64,000 nucleotides of DNA from assembly GCF_021869535.1 (NCBI RefSeq), contig NW_026262672.1, positions 1,612,001 to 1,676,000 of the forward strand, given 5' to 3'. This document shows, in pieces, positions 33,010 through 45,711 of the stretch. The notes under the pieces are model-generated. The model saw nothing but the letters and a program-made list of their open reading frames with translations. It was not told the origin of the DNA and made no database searches. Source of the DNA: Mytilus californianus. Its lineage: Eukaryota. Position 1 is the stretch's first letter; each line of letters opens with the position of its first letter. Made by a program: the position numbers and the translations under genes.

Positions 33010-34279
33010 CAGAGTTGCTGAGAGTTACTATATATTTGTTAGTATCATCAACTTACTATAAGCCTCAAGTCATATATAAGCTATTATGGATCTTAGCTAC
33101 TCATGTTTTTGACTTTTGTCAGAATGATTGAATGATTGACGGTTGCTTAACGTCCAGTGTTATTTCAATTTTTGTTCAATCACTTTAATAATTTCAAATG
33201 CAAATTTTCATTTTTCTCAATCAAATATATAGTTTTCAAGTTTAAATCAACAGATGTTAGTCAGTGAACTGAATATACGATAATGATTATGTATTACAGT
33301 GATGCTAATCAGGTAAAATCATATGTATTGGTTATTTAAATATAAGTATGTAAAACTATTGTCAGTTTAAACTCATTTGATTTTTTCCCTGGTCAAGTGA
33401 GGCTGTATAAATACAGGGGTCCCCAAGTATGCGACCTGGGCTACTTAGGTATCAGGAAATTGAATAAAAATATTTGTTATCGTTAAAACTAAACAAAAAA
33501 AGTCCAGTGTCAAATATTTCATGCATATTCAGGGCGAAAACAAATTAACAATAAATACAATAGGTCGGTTCTGTAATAGAGGCGTCCGGGATTAAGTTCG
33601 GAGAAGACTTTTTGTCAGATATTCGGAATCCTAGAGTATTCTCTATGAAGTAACAATATCAATTTTGACCGCTAACCTCTAATTTTCTTTTCATTATTTT
33701 CATTATAAGTGTATAAACTAAGCTCTGTCGTTATCTAATTCTGAATTAATTATTTCGAATCAAGAACCAAAATAAATCAGCAACTCTCTTGATGACTACT
33801 CGGCAGTCTTGCGAAGCATTTGTTACTTTTACTGAAAGAAAGTATTTTGTTTTTATTGTGATGGATTACGTTTTAATTTTTAATTTATTATCGCCAAACT
33901 ATGGAGTTATGGCAAATGTGTAATAGGACTAAATTCACATTTACTTCAGTCTACTAGCAACTACAAGAATATTTGCTTGAAAACTAGCAACGACAAAATC
34001 TTCAGTACTAGCAATGACAAAATTATTTACTTAAGTACTAACAACGACAAACTATTTTTATTTACCTATTTGACATTTATGAAATTTTCATCTACTAGTT
34101 TGTATTGTTTTATATGCTTGTCTAGGAGAATATTGTTCTACACCTATGATTTTATATTGGTTTGATTCTGTTGCTTATAGTAGTGATACATCGTAATTAT
34201 ATAACTGTGGTATGTTCTGCGCTTGCCACTAGGACGTGTGTTGTCGTCTGGTTCCTGATCAGCTTTGAGTGTATTTTTT

Positions 34280-34584
34280 GCCGCCACGTCCGGTCTGAAT
34301 GGGGACGTTAAATCCGATGCCTCGTGTAGAGAGTGCCACGCTCTCTACACGTTAAGAACCCTTGCATCAACTCTTTGAGGGGTCCGTACGTGGCCTGTTG
34401 CAAGGCAAAATTTCGGTCCCTATCCAATATACCCTCATTTTCCAGTGGCAGTCCAAATCTTCCCGACCTTCATCCCGGATGCCCTCTATTACAAGACCTA
34501 TCTATTGTATTTATTGTTAACTTGTTCTCGTCCTGAACATGCATGACATATTTGCCACTGGACGTTAAGCAACAAACAAACAAT
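34280..34584 (+). mobile_element. SINE copy, 5'-truncated and diverged
   Basis: Core and tail present, head missing. Confidence 0.8.
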
Positions 34585-35484
34585 ATTCTGATTACCACAT
34601 TGATGCAATTTAGTATTCTGTTCAAGTGGAGGACAAAAAAAAATTGCAGAATCCAGAATCCATACCTTATAGTGTTAAATGTTGAACAAAACATTTGATT
34701 GATAGCGTTGAAATCTAAATAAAATGTTTTTCTGATTCAAACATAAAACAATACCCACCCCCCTTGAATTTAAATGGTTGGTCCCTAAATACAACAATAT
34801 TTCCACAGTCAGCGATTATGATGGCAATGGATTAAGCTTGCACACAATATAAATTCGTCTGTTTAGTTTCTGTTTTTCAGCAGAGAGTTCTGCGCATGTG
34901 TCGATTTCCGGACATCCGATTTATGCATGACAAAAACCAGGAACCAGCACCACACTCCCTTTTCTATACATTTGTATTGACGGGAATACTTTGATGGACC
35001 TCCATCCGATTCGGTAAACCAAAAACAGTCTCATTCAATACTTTTTTCGAATATAAAACATTTCGGAATTAAAAAAATGCAGTTAGTAAAATGTTAATCG
35101 TAGATAAACAGTTGCTGCTTCCAAGGAAGCTATTACACCAACAGTGGTGAAGTTGAAATAATCCCATCGAGAGTATTATGGATGCGATAACGAGTTGGTT
35201 AACCGTTATGAAATATCCATTTCGCAAATGGTAACGGATATGTTCCTAATGTCGTAACTACAATCCCGTCCTCTTTTCCCCAATGTGGCCTACCGAATTA
35301 GACTTATGGGTGATGGATTCATAAGTGATACTCCCCAGGGAAGATTCATATAAAAAATTGCTCACACAAGAGGAATCTTTCTCGGAGTCAAAAGAATCTC
35401 TCTTGCGTTTTCTGCCTCTATTGTCGCAGCAGAAGTGTTTTACATGCGCCTTCGGAGAAACCCCGAAATGTTAAATATGCACGT

Positions 35485-35901
35485 CCCCAAGGGTGACTGG
35501 GGAATAGAAATATGGTCACTACAGGTCTTCTTCCGACCGGCAGTAAAACCCTTGCCAAAGTGGGGCGTCTGTTTGGCTGTGCGGGATGTATCAAGTACGC
35601 AGCCACGTCCGGTCAGAATGGGGACGTTGAATCCGATGCCTCGTGTAGAGAGAGTGTCACGCTCTCTGCACGTTAAGAACCCTTGCACTATTTGAGGGGT
35701 CCGTAGGTGACCTGTTGCAAGGCTAAATTGCTGTCCCTATCCAATATACCCTCATTTCCCGTGGCAGTCTAAATTTCTCCGACCTTAATCCCGGAAGCCC
35801 CTATTACAGAACCTACCTATTGTTTTTATTGTTAACTTGTTCTCGTCCTAAATATGCATGAAATATCTGCCACTGGACATTAAGCAACCAACAATCAATC
35901 A
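35485..35901 (+). mobile_element. SINE copy
   Basis: CCCCAAGGGTGAC head through to the AATC tail. Confidence 0.87.
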
Positions 35902-35949
35902 AGTAATTGTATTCTGATTTGACGATTTCTCTGCCAAGCTATATTTCGT

Positions 35950-36140
35950 CTGGGTTTTGCACATTTTACATACCACATGGCAATCTATTAAAGGCACAAA
36001 TTGTTCAAATCTAATGGTCTAGCTCTATAGTAATCATTTATATTGTTGTAAAATATTTCAGTACTATTATCAGGCAACTTTTCACGTTCTGCTTTAGGTT
36101 TTAATACTCTGTATCTAAACTTGGGGGATTTGTCTGACCT
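35950..36140 (-). pseudogene. Helitron/Helentron Rep-helicase fragment
   Basis: R.RVLKP..E.E.LPDNSTEIFYNNINDYYRARP..L.NLCL resembles the RepHel 'DrY..RP..Le.mcl' motif; followed by a stop. Confidence 0.55.
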
Positions 36141-37829
36141 GAGCAGGTTCCTCAGGAGCAGCACTTGCATTGCTAGTCTTGCTGGCGCTGGTTTCTATTA
36201 GAATTGTTTTTAGCTCAGTATACGCAACTATCACAGTACATATATTTATATGACCCGATACTAAATGACTGTTTCTGTATCTGAATTACGTTGTACCATT
36301 TATAACTATTTCATGAAAAGCGTACGAATCAGAAGCGGATCCAGGACTCTTAAAAAAGGGAGGTAGGAATGGGACTTGCAAAAAGTCAATGCATTACCCA
36401 TGTATGCAGCTCAATTTGGAGACCCAGGATCGCCCCCTTCAAAAATTGGCCTCGAAAAAGCAGATTAAACAAGAAGTTACAAAATTTAAACTTTGACTAT
36501 TGAGTTGGCGAGAGATTAACGAGAATAAGGTTCAGCTGGTATCAATAAGCATTTTTTACCTTAAGACTGTTCCTTGAGTCTATCATGGACCAAACTTCTC
36601 CCATCTTACTGGCACTTAGTGTGATTTTACTGCGAATCCCGGTAATTGTTCCTGTAGTAACAACTCTCTGCAACTACAAAATAAATGCTATTGAAAGTTC
36701 AAAATAGTGCTTTTTGGAACGACAAACAATACTCTTATATAGAACATTACATCTGCAGTACGTGTATTGCATGCATTTATCTGCTGTGACTATTTAGGGA
36801 TACGAATACGATTAGGTCAGTGCAAAATATATAAATGCTCATGTATTGACAGTTTGACTAGAATATGAAGTTTTCAGTGCAAAATATATAAATGTTCATG
36901 TATTGAAAGTTTGACAAGAATATGAAATTTAACTATCGTTTTTTAAGAACTAGTACAACAAAATGTATAATAAATTATTATTTACGTAATCACTACTACT
37001 CCTTACCTCTATCACAGACGGAATATCTCCCATAGCCTCGTCAGGACACAGCGATTCTAATCTTAGAATTTGGAGTGCTAGTTCTGTTTGCCCCACTGAG
37101 TGTCAGTAGATCGTCTTCTTCAGTGTCAGACCCATCAAATCTTAGATGGAAACTATTTGATTTGTGCATTTTACGAGGAGTTTCATCTTCATCAGATATT
37201 GGTCTGGAAGTTGAAATTGACATCGACATCATGTGAATGAAGAGGGAATCGCTATACTCACGCGATATGTACTTGAAGTTTTATTATGCAACGCTTGATA
37301 AAATGGACACTTTGTGATATAATTAACTGTACCTTCCCATCATATAACATATTTTTGGTTGTTTATCAAACTGCCTTAAAATTACTGGTCAATAACTATA
37401 ATCCGAATGCTTGACAAATAATATCAGGACTCCCTTGAAATATATTCACCGACTTTGTTGTTTTAATTGTTAAACTCGTGTGTGCGGGTTAGAAAGATAT
37501 CGAAGGTGCGAAAAGTTGATCCGATGGAATGACAGCTTCGGTTGGTTGTTCCTCATTTAACAACTGCCTCATTGGTGATGAAGAGCGGGGCTGCACACCC
37601 AAAAGTTCAGAAAAATCTGGCATGCTGCCATCCAGAAATTCAGTCGATTGTCTTTTTGTTTCATTTTGGATATTCAGCGTCTGATCTCTGGGGTATATTT
37701 TTATATTTTACCTCTCACACACGTAACTAACTGTAACCGTCACGGCTTTCGACTATTGACACCAACAACACTTTAAAAATTCCTGACTGGGACCTAATTA
37801 TATGCCTTTGATGACTTTCCCTAAATGAA

Positions 37830-38430
37830 AATCGCTTCTCACGGTAATTGCATTGGTAAGAGTAGATATAGTCAGTTTTAAAGTAAATCACTCATACTAC
37901 AAAATAAAAACGTTTGTTAACACAATGACCCTCTGTGGTTCTTGCAGGAAGTTAAAACGGCCTTACTTCTCTGTCCATCATCATGATACATCGTGTTTCT
38001 AAGGTTGTATGATCCGATGACATATAGGCCATCTTAAGGTACGGTAAATATTGTTCCCAGTCCATTTGGTGTTCAGGCACAAATTTGCTTATCATGTCTT
38101 CAATGGTTGGATTTAATCTTTCCAAGATATTTCAATTTAAAATTTAATTTTACAAGCTTAATAACGCAACGTTTGTTCATCTTTATTATTTCTGGATATC
38201 CGTACCGGTCTTCTAGTCATTCCCATATTCTTGGCAGTCCCCGTTGAGGGTGATGAGCATTTGCAGTCTTTATGCTGCTTACTGATCCAAGTAGAATTTT
38301 TCCGATTTGTGTTGGCGGTCAAACAGAAAAATTTCTCTAGTACCCAAATCCCTTTAGGGATTATCTGATTCTCTAGAATTGACACAATTTCCCTTCTATA
38401 AACATTCATATGAACTTCATTAAACACAAG
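37830..38430 (-). pseudogene. Decayed Gypsy-like integrase fragment
   Basis: At ~38126-38004 it reads ERLNPTIEDMISKFVPEHQMDWEQYLPYLKMAYMSSDHTT, the typical post-catalytic-E segment of LTR retrotransposon integrases. Confidence 0.65.
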
Positions 38431-38474
38431 TTCAGAAACAAAAATTTTGCAGTGCTGATTTCAAAGTATATTGC

Positions 38475-38900
38475 CCCCAAGGGTGACTGGGGAATAGAAG
38501 TTTGGGTCACCATTGGTCTTCCTCCGACCGGCAGTAAAACCCTTGCTAAAGTGGGGCGTCCGTTTGGCTGTGCGGGAAGTACAAATTTGCAGCCACGTCC
38601 TGTCAGAATAGGGACGTTAAATCCGATGCCTCGTGTAAAGAGAGTGCCACGCTCTTTGCACGTTAAGAACCCTTGCAACAACTCTTTGAGGGGTCCGCAG
38701 GTGACCTATTACAAGGCTAAATTTCTGTCCCTATCCAATACACCCTCATTTCCCGTGGCAGTCTAAATTTTTCCGACATTAATCCCGGACGCCTCTATTA
38801 CAGAACCTACCTATTGTATTTATTGTTAATTTGTTCTCGTCCTGAATATGCATGAAATATTTGCCACTGGACGTTAAGCAACCAACAATCAATCAATCAA
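38475..38900 (+). mobile_element. SINE copy
   Basis: Full length; TSD TCAAAGTATATTGC (38461-38474 / 38901-38914). Confidence 0.9.
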
Positions 38901-39784
38901 TCAAAGTATATTGCAAGAGGCATCAGATTTAACGTTCCCATTCTTGGTAGTGCATGCTGGTATTTAATCAAAGAAAATAACCCTTTATTTTCAGTGTGTA
39001 CTTATTAAAGAAGTAATCACAAAAATATGTATAAAATTGTTTTGTCATTTTTGTTTCTTATTTATTAATGCGTCCCTTGCATTCCCTAAATTCATGTATC
39101 TATATTTTGATAGAAAATATTAACATGTGGTTTAAAATTAAATCTTACTTTCTACATACTGTTGCTTGAAATAAGGGAGAAATGTTACTAATACCAGTGT
39201 AAAAAATGTCACTTCCAGTTTTATCAGTTAGTGTCCCTACTTATAAAACAAGTAATTCTTTTTTAAACAAGTAGCTATCTAAAAAAAAAAGCAATATCTG
39301 AACTCGCGACCACTTACTGGTCACCAAAAAAAAAAGGTTGCTGAATTTTTGTTTGCTTTTGATTTGAAATTATTGACTGTGAATAGAGTAAGATAATAAT
39401 GACGATTGGTATGCAGTTGTATAAGCGTAAGAACATCACATTTCCATGGAGAATATTTGGCCCTTACCTCTCAGTTTCGGTCTATTGACTCTGAAGCTTT
39501 TGCTAAGTTTACATGTATTAGTTTGTGATTAGGTCAGTTTAAGTGGAACCACTAATGCTATGCCATTGCTATTTGGTATGCAAATGTAATGACATTTCCA
39601 AGTTTCATTTCCATGGAGATTATATAAACCCGACGCTCATTGTGGATCATTGACTTTGAAACTTTTCATAGTTGAAAGGGAACTACTTATGAAAAGTCAA
39701 GAGTATTTGGTATGCAGTTGTATTAACATATTTTATAGGTGATCAATTATACAGATTTTACGACAGTTACTTGTATGAGTAATA

Positions 39785-40038
39785 AGTGCCACGCTCTTTG
39801 CACGTTAAGAACCCTTGTAACAACTCTTTGAGGGGTCCGTAGGTGACCTGTTGCAAGGCTAAATTTCTGTCCCTATCCAATATACCCTCATTTCCCGTGG
39901 CAGTCTAAATTTCTCCGACCTTAATCCCTTAATCTATTACAGAACCTACCTATTGTATTTATTGTGAACTTGTTCTCGTCCTGAATATGCATGAAATATT
40001 TGCCACTGGACGTTAAGCAACCAACAATCAATCAATCA
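39785..40038 (+). mobile_element. SINE copy, 5'-truncated
   Basis: TSD TGTATGAGTAATA (39772-39784 / 40039-40051). Confidence 0.9.
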
Positions 40039-40873
40039 TGTATGAGTAATATTTATAAAGCCTCGTTTTCAACTTTACTTGTGTAGATAAATGCGTGATC
40101 CCCTCAGTGGTTTACGCCTATATATTCACGAGTATTGCTAGCTTTCATGATGCATTCGATGTTTGCTGTATTATGGTTCATTTCAACGCATTTAATGACA
40201 ATACCACTATACCAATCAGAATGATTTTGTTTGCAGTGTTAAATATTATTATTTTACAAAGATAAAAAATGTTTTGAATTTGTAAAACATTTATAACATA
40301 CATTTGTTTTCATGGGTCCTTGATTAGAATAATAAAGTTATTATTCTTATTCTGTTTTATACGTGTTAGAGTTGAAATCGTTCTAAAATCTACACACAAA
40401 GTATATTCAATATAAAATTCAACATCTGAAGAAGAAAAAAAGAACATACTAATTGCAGAGAAGTCAATGATATAAATGTAATAAACGTGTCCAGATATTA
40501 CTGTTTGATTAAATATCTTCATATTATATGACCAGTTTTACCTCTTTAAACAAGACTACAATACTAATGAATACCGTAAATCTAAATAAATAAGAAACAA
40601 GTAACAAAAAAAAAACCAAAAATGTAAATATGAGTTGTTTTGATTGATATTAATCATTATTTATGTGTCTTGTTTGGTGTTGATGCCAAGGGTATTTTTC
40701 TTCTGCATCCTTTTTGTGGCGTTTCCTTCTGTTTTCTTTTTCTTGTTTGTTCCTTTCCGGTTGATGGCGAATTCAAGCATATTAGGTCATTTATGTCACC
40801 AATAAACGAATCAGGTCCCAAATCATATTCTATATCTCCTGATTCGGTTTTTCTTAGACACCCTCTTTCTAAG

Positions 40874-41297
40874 ATTGATTGATTGATTGTTGGTTGCTTA
40901 ACGTCCAGTGGCAAATATTTCATGCATATTCAGGACGAGAAAAAGTTCACAATAAATTCAATAAGTAGGTTTTGTAATAGATTAAGGGATCAAAGTCGGA
41001 GAAATTTAGACTGCCACGGGAAATGAGGGTACATTGGATAGGGACAGAAATATAGCCTTGTAACAGGCCACCTACGGACCCCTCAAAGAGTTGTTGCAAG
41101 GGTTCTTAACGTGCAAAGAACGTGGCACTCTCTTTACACGAGGCATCGGATTTAACGTCCCCATTCTGACCGGACGTGACTGCGAACTTGTACATCCCGC
41201 ACAGCCAAACGGACGCCCCACTTTAGCGAGGGTTTTACCGCCGGTCGGAGGAAGACCAATGGTGACCATATTTCTATTCCCCAGTCACCCTTGGGGG
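40874..41297 (-). mobile_element. SINE copy
   Basis: Full length; no TSD seen. Confidence 0.87.
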
Positions 41298-41689
41298 TCA
41301 CCTGTCTGAGGAACAAGAGAAAAGGAGGGGGGTTGAGGAGGGAACCGTGCGTTTTGGGGAGCATATGAACTAAGTATACATTACATGGATTGATAGCACT
41401 ATCTTCCCGGTCAACCATTTAAGTGTGTTCTTGGCCACCATTATGGCCAATAATGACGTGGCACATCCGCTTTAAACCCAACGTTATTACCAAAGGACAT
41501 GTTCCCTTCTTCTAACCGGAAACTTTAATGTCGCCGGAGCAGGTGACATTCCACTCAAACGTATGCATTTGCAGGTAACTCAAAGGAAAAGAAGAAATAA
41601 TTAAACTCACCATATATACCAGGACTAAATTTTGTAAATAAAAAGTTGAAATCATGAATGTTCCAAAAGCTGATTTATTTATTTTACCG

Positions 41690-42715
41690 TACAGATATAC
41701 TGTGTAAAGTGTAGAAAAGTCAAATGTTTTATACTATTGCAAGATGAGAGAGTCTTAGATTGTATGTACTCTAAAAGATCTTTGGAATTTTTTAGTATCC
41801 ACATCTGATTCACGCCACCTCTAAAATAGGCAGTTTCACAATAACTTTGGAGCCCGGCTTTGATTGCTAATAAAATAGATGTTAATAATTTAGAAAGAAG
41901 TTTCGTGGAGCACTTGGAAGACCCAGCAATATACCGTTGTTTGTAAGGACATTTATGTAGTTTAGGTATCCAATACAGTGATGGAAGATCCAGTTTTTCA
42001 TCTTTGGTTGAAATTCCAAAGGAACATAGAACAGACCTATGATTATCCAGGATTTCCTCTTTGGTAAGTGTCGTGAGGGTATATGTTGAGTTTCCAAGTG
42101 AATTGTCAATACCTAATTCATTTATCAAGCAGTCTATGTAATGATATTTACACACAAAAACGATGTTGTTTGGGGCTTTATCTGCGGGGACAACAACATA
42201 TTTGTTATGGAGGTAGGACAAGTGTTTTGCAACATTTGTGTCTTTAAAAATTGACGTAGCGTGGGTATTGATATGCCTATTTAGTTTTTTAATTCGGATT
42301 TGTACCAACGACCTCACAGCCTTAATCCATTCGGAAAGAGTATCTAGTACGTCTTCTTTCTCGCGTTTAGCCCATTGTCTGGCATAATCCTCGACTGAAT
42401 CCATCAGTATTTTGAAGTTGTATTTCCAATTGATGGATTTAGGCTCACGATATTTCGGACCTTTGGATAACAAATTTTGCAGGGAAGTAATATTGACAAT
42501 GTTGAGGTCTCCGGTAATAACGTGGCCAGCCGGATTATATGTGAATTGGGAACTAGCATAGGTGCAATCAGGAGGTTTAGACTTGAGGTTGTCAATGTTG
42601 ACATCCTGCAAAACATGTTGTAATTGAAAATTTATCTTGCAATTGGTTTGGTATAGGGAATACGAAATTATTGGTACAGACTGATCTTTAAAATAAGGTG
42701 GTATTTTCGACTGAA
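41690..42715 (-). pseudogene. Penelope-like element reverse-transcriptase fragment
   Basis: Motifs LLSKGPKYR, VVVPADKAPNNIV and LYWIPKLHK.PYKQRYI. A 1-nt frameshift near 41735 hides IKTFDFSTLYT, and the fragment is truncated there. Confidence 0.8.
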
Positions 42716-42724
42716 CTAATTTAT

Positions 42725-44297
42725 GATGAATGATATTGCCTAATTCATATAGATCTCTAGTTAGATCTAAACTAGATTATGGCTCAATAGTGTATGGCTC
42801 TGCAAGGAAGTCCTACATACTGATTCTCGATGCTGTTTATCACCAGGGTTTGCGTCTCTGTCTTGGCGCCTTTAAAACCTCACCAGTTGAGAGTCTGTAT
42901 GTAGAGGCTGATGAGCATTCACTCTCCAATAGATGCTTGAAGCTTGGACTTCAATACGCTGTCAAGCTAAAAGCATATCCAGAAAATCCTGCCTACGACT
43001 GTGTTTTTAATCCAATTTACGAAGATGTATTTGCAAAACATGAAAATAAAATTCCTCCATTAGGAATTCGTTCAAAACCACATTTAATCACTTTTGCTTT
43101 GAAATCTGTCGCTCAAGTTGAAACTTGCAAATGTCCTCCCTGGTAACTTCCCAACCCTAAAATGATTTTCGATCTCCGTAAATACAAAAAAAAAAATGAA
43201 ACAAACCATCTATTAATTCAACAACATTTTGCTGAAATTAAGGCAAATTATTCAGATTTTTCAACTGTTTATACATATGGATCGAAGGATGGTAACCGAG
43301 TTGCATGTGCTGCTATCCTTGATGAAAGAGCTGCGACTCTCCGTTTGTCATCTGACGCATCCATATTTACTGCTGAAGCACAGGCAATAATTTTGGCTTT
43401 GAAATTTATTGCTACTTCAGACAAATCCAAATTTATAATCTGTTCTGATTCACTTTCATGCTTACAAGCTATACAACATTCTAAAATTATAAACCCGATA
43501 ATTCTCAAGATTTTATCTGTAATGATGAATTTGAACATTTTTCATAAAGAGATAATTTTTCTATGGGCACCGAGTCATGTTGGAATCCATGGAAACACGG
43601 TTGTAGACCAGGAGGCAAAAAATGCCCTGGATGACCCTTTATCTAACTGTGATATACCATATACCGATTTTAGATCTAATATTAGAGAATATGTTTTTAA
43701 TATTTTGAAAAATGAATGGAGTAAAAAAGATGATAATAAATTACATGAAATTAAACCTAATTTAGGTAAACCTTTCAATAATTTTATATGCAGAAAAGAT
43801 CAGTGTGTTATATCTAGATGTCGTATTGGTCATACTAGAATAACACACGAGTATCTTTTTAAAAATGAAGATGAACCACAATGTATACCTTGCAACTGCA
43901 AGTATACTATTAAACATGTTTTAATTAATTGTATGGACTTTGCTGATATTCGTAGGAAGCATTTCAATGTCAACAATATGTATGATTTATTTAACAGTGT
44001 TCCAATTACAAATATTGTTTCATTCTTGAAGGAAGTTGGAATATATCATAAAATATAAAAATGTTGTATAAATGTAAACTGATTTTAATTTTTATCACGT
44101 TATCTTAGTGTTTGAATTTTATTTGTAAATAAACAATTTGCTTGAGACTTGAATTTTAGTTTATTGAAGGACCTTTTGTCTGATTTTATAACTATACTGT
44201 AAATTGTAAAAATATTTGAATAAGCTCTCGCCGCGATATAGCATTTTTGTGCTCATGCAGCGTAAAGCAAATACCAATCAATCAATCAATCAATCAA
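42725..44297 (+). mobile_element. 5'-truncated I/Nimb-clade LINE (RT thumb, RNase H, C-terminal CCHC, 3' UTR ending in (AATC)n)
   Basis: Motifs SLVRSKLDYG, GAFKTSPVESLYVEA, RNase H YTyGSK / AEAQAI / CSDSLS / WAPSHVGIHGN, and CIPCNCKYTIKH. Broken by a stop at 43144-43146; tail at ~44275-44297. Confidence 0.88.
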
Positions 44298-45035
44298 TTC
44301 AGACAAAAGGTCCTTTAATAAACTAAAATTCAAGTCTAAACCAAATTGTTTATTTACAAATAAAAATCAAACACTAAGATAACGTGACCAAAATTAAAAT
44401 CATTTGAAACTTATTCATTTTTATATTTTATAATATATTCCAACTGCCTTCAAGAATGAAACAATATTCATAATTGGAACACTATTAAATAAATCATACA
44501 TATTATTGACATTGAAATGCTTCCTGCAAATATCAGCAAAGTCAATACAATTTATTAAAACATGTTTAATAGTATACTTGCAGTTGCAAGGTATACATTG
44601 TGGATCATCTTCATTTTTAAGAAGATACCCGTGTGTTATTCTAGTATGACAAATACGACATCTAGAAATAACACACTGATCTTTTCTGCACATAAAAAAA
44701 TTGAAAGGTTTACCTAATTTCTGTTTAATTTCATGTAATTTATTATCATCTTTTTGACTCCATTAATTTTTCAACATATTAAAAACATATTCTCTAATAT
44801 TACATCTAAAATCAGTATATGGTATATTTCAGTTAGATAAAGGGTAATCCAGGGCATTTTCTGCTTCCTGGTCTAGAACTGGGTTTCCATGGATTCCAAC
44901 ATGACTCGGTACCCATAGAAGAAATATCTCTCTATGAAGAATTTTCAAATTCCTGATTACATATAAAATCTTGAGAATTATCGGGTTTTTAATTTTGGTA
45001 TGATGTATAGCTTGTAAGCATGAAAGTGAAGCAGA
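44298..45035 (-). mobile_element. Second, inverted and diverged copy of the same LINE 3' region
   Basis: The ORF at 44421-44693 is nearly identical to the C-terminus of 43162-44058; it abuts the first copy's tail. Confidence 0.88.
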
Positions 45036-45046
45036 CATTTTGTATT

Positions 45047-45101
45047 TGCGCCAGACGCGCGTTTCGTCTACTTAAGACTCATCACTCATCAGCGACGCTC
45101 G
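45047..45101 (-). ncRNA. Minimal type I hammerhead ribozyme relic (Penelope-type) with a 7-nt duplication in the core
   Basis: Minus strand reads GAGCGTCG-CTGATGAG-TGATGAG-TCTTAAGTAGAC-GAAAC-GCGC-GTC-TGGCG: core CUGAUGA/GAAA, stem II GTCT/AGAC, palindromic loop III, GUC cleavage triplet. Confidence 0.75.
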
Positions 45102-45711
45102 AATAAAATAAATTATAAAGGCCAAATAAAATACGAAGTTGACGACCTTTTAAACGAGGTTTTTTAAAATACTAAAAACGAAATCATGGGAACCAGCACA
45201 AATTCTAGACTGACTCGGTTTTACTTGATATTTACGTAATGGGTATATAGATATACCAACTTATAAACTAGGAAATCTTCGTGAAAAGGCCATTAACATC
45301 GTCTTCTAAGAGAACATTGAGATCTCGTTCTAGTCTCGATTCTATATTATCCTATTCTATTATTATGCTGTAGCGGCTAGTTGGCACGGAATTTGCCCAA
45401 ATAAGAGACAGAAATGCGAAACAGAATGCTCTCTTGGAAGAACAAAAGTTTGCGATTGCTTCGTTAAAACGTCTAAAAGAGGGACGCAAGATACCAGAGG
45501 GACAGTCAAACTCACAGACCGAAAACAAACTGACAACGTCATGGCCAAAATACAAAGACAAACAGATAAATAATAGAATAGATGACACAACATAGAAAAC
45601 TAAAGACTAAGCAACACGAACCCCACCAAAAACTTGGGGTGATCTCGGGTGCTCCGGAAGGGTAAGCAGGTCCTGCTCAACATGTGTGTAATGTTGTAAC
45701 AGAAGCATGCA

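Noticed and set aside
38505-38545. SINE GTC-TTCCTCC-GAC as the P3/L3 of an HDV-like ribozyme
   Set aside because: The loop resembles HDV L3, but no P1 partner with the required nested P1/P2 order could be placed; kept only as part of the weaker structured-head finding.
38847-38880. SINE tail CTGAATATGCATGAAA as a hammerhead core
   Set aside because: CUGAAUA does not match the CUGANGA core, and no stem III or NUH cleavage site can be built.
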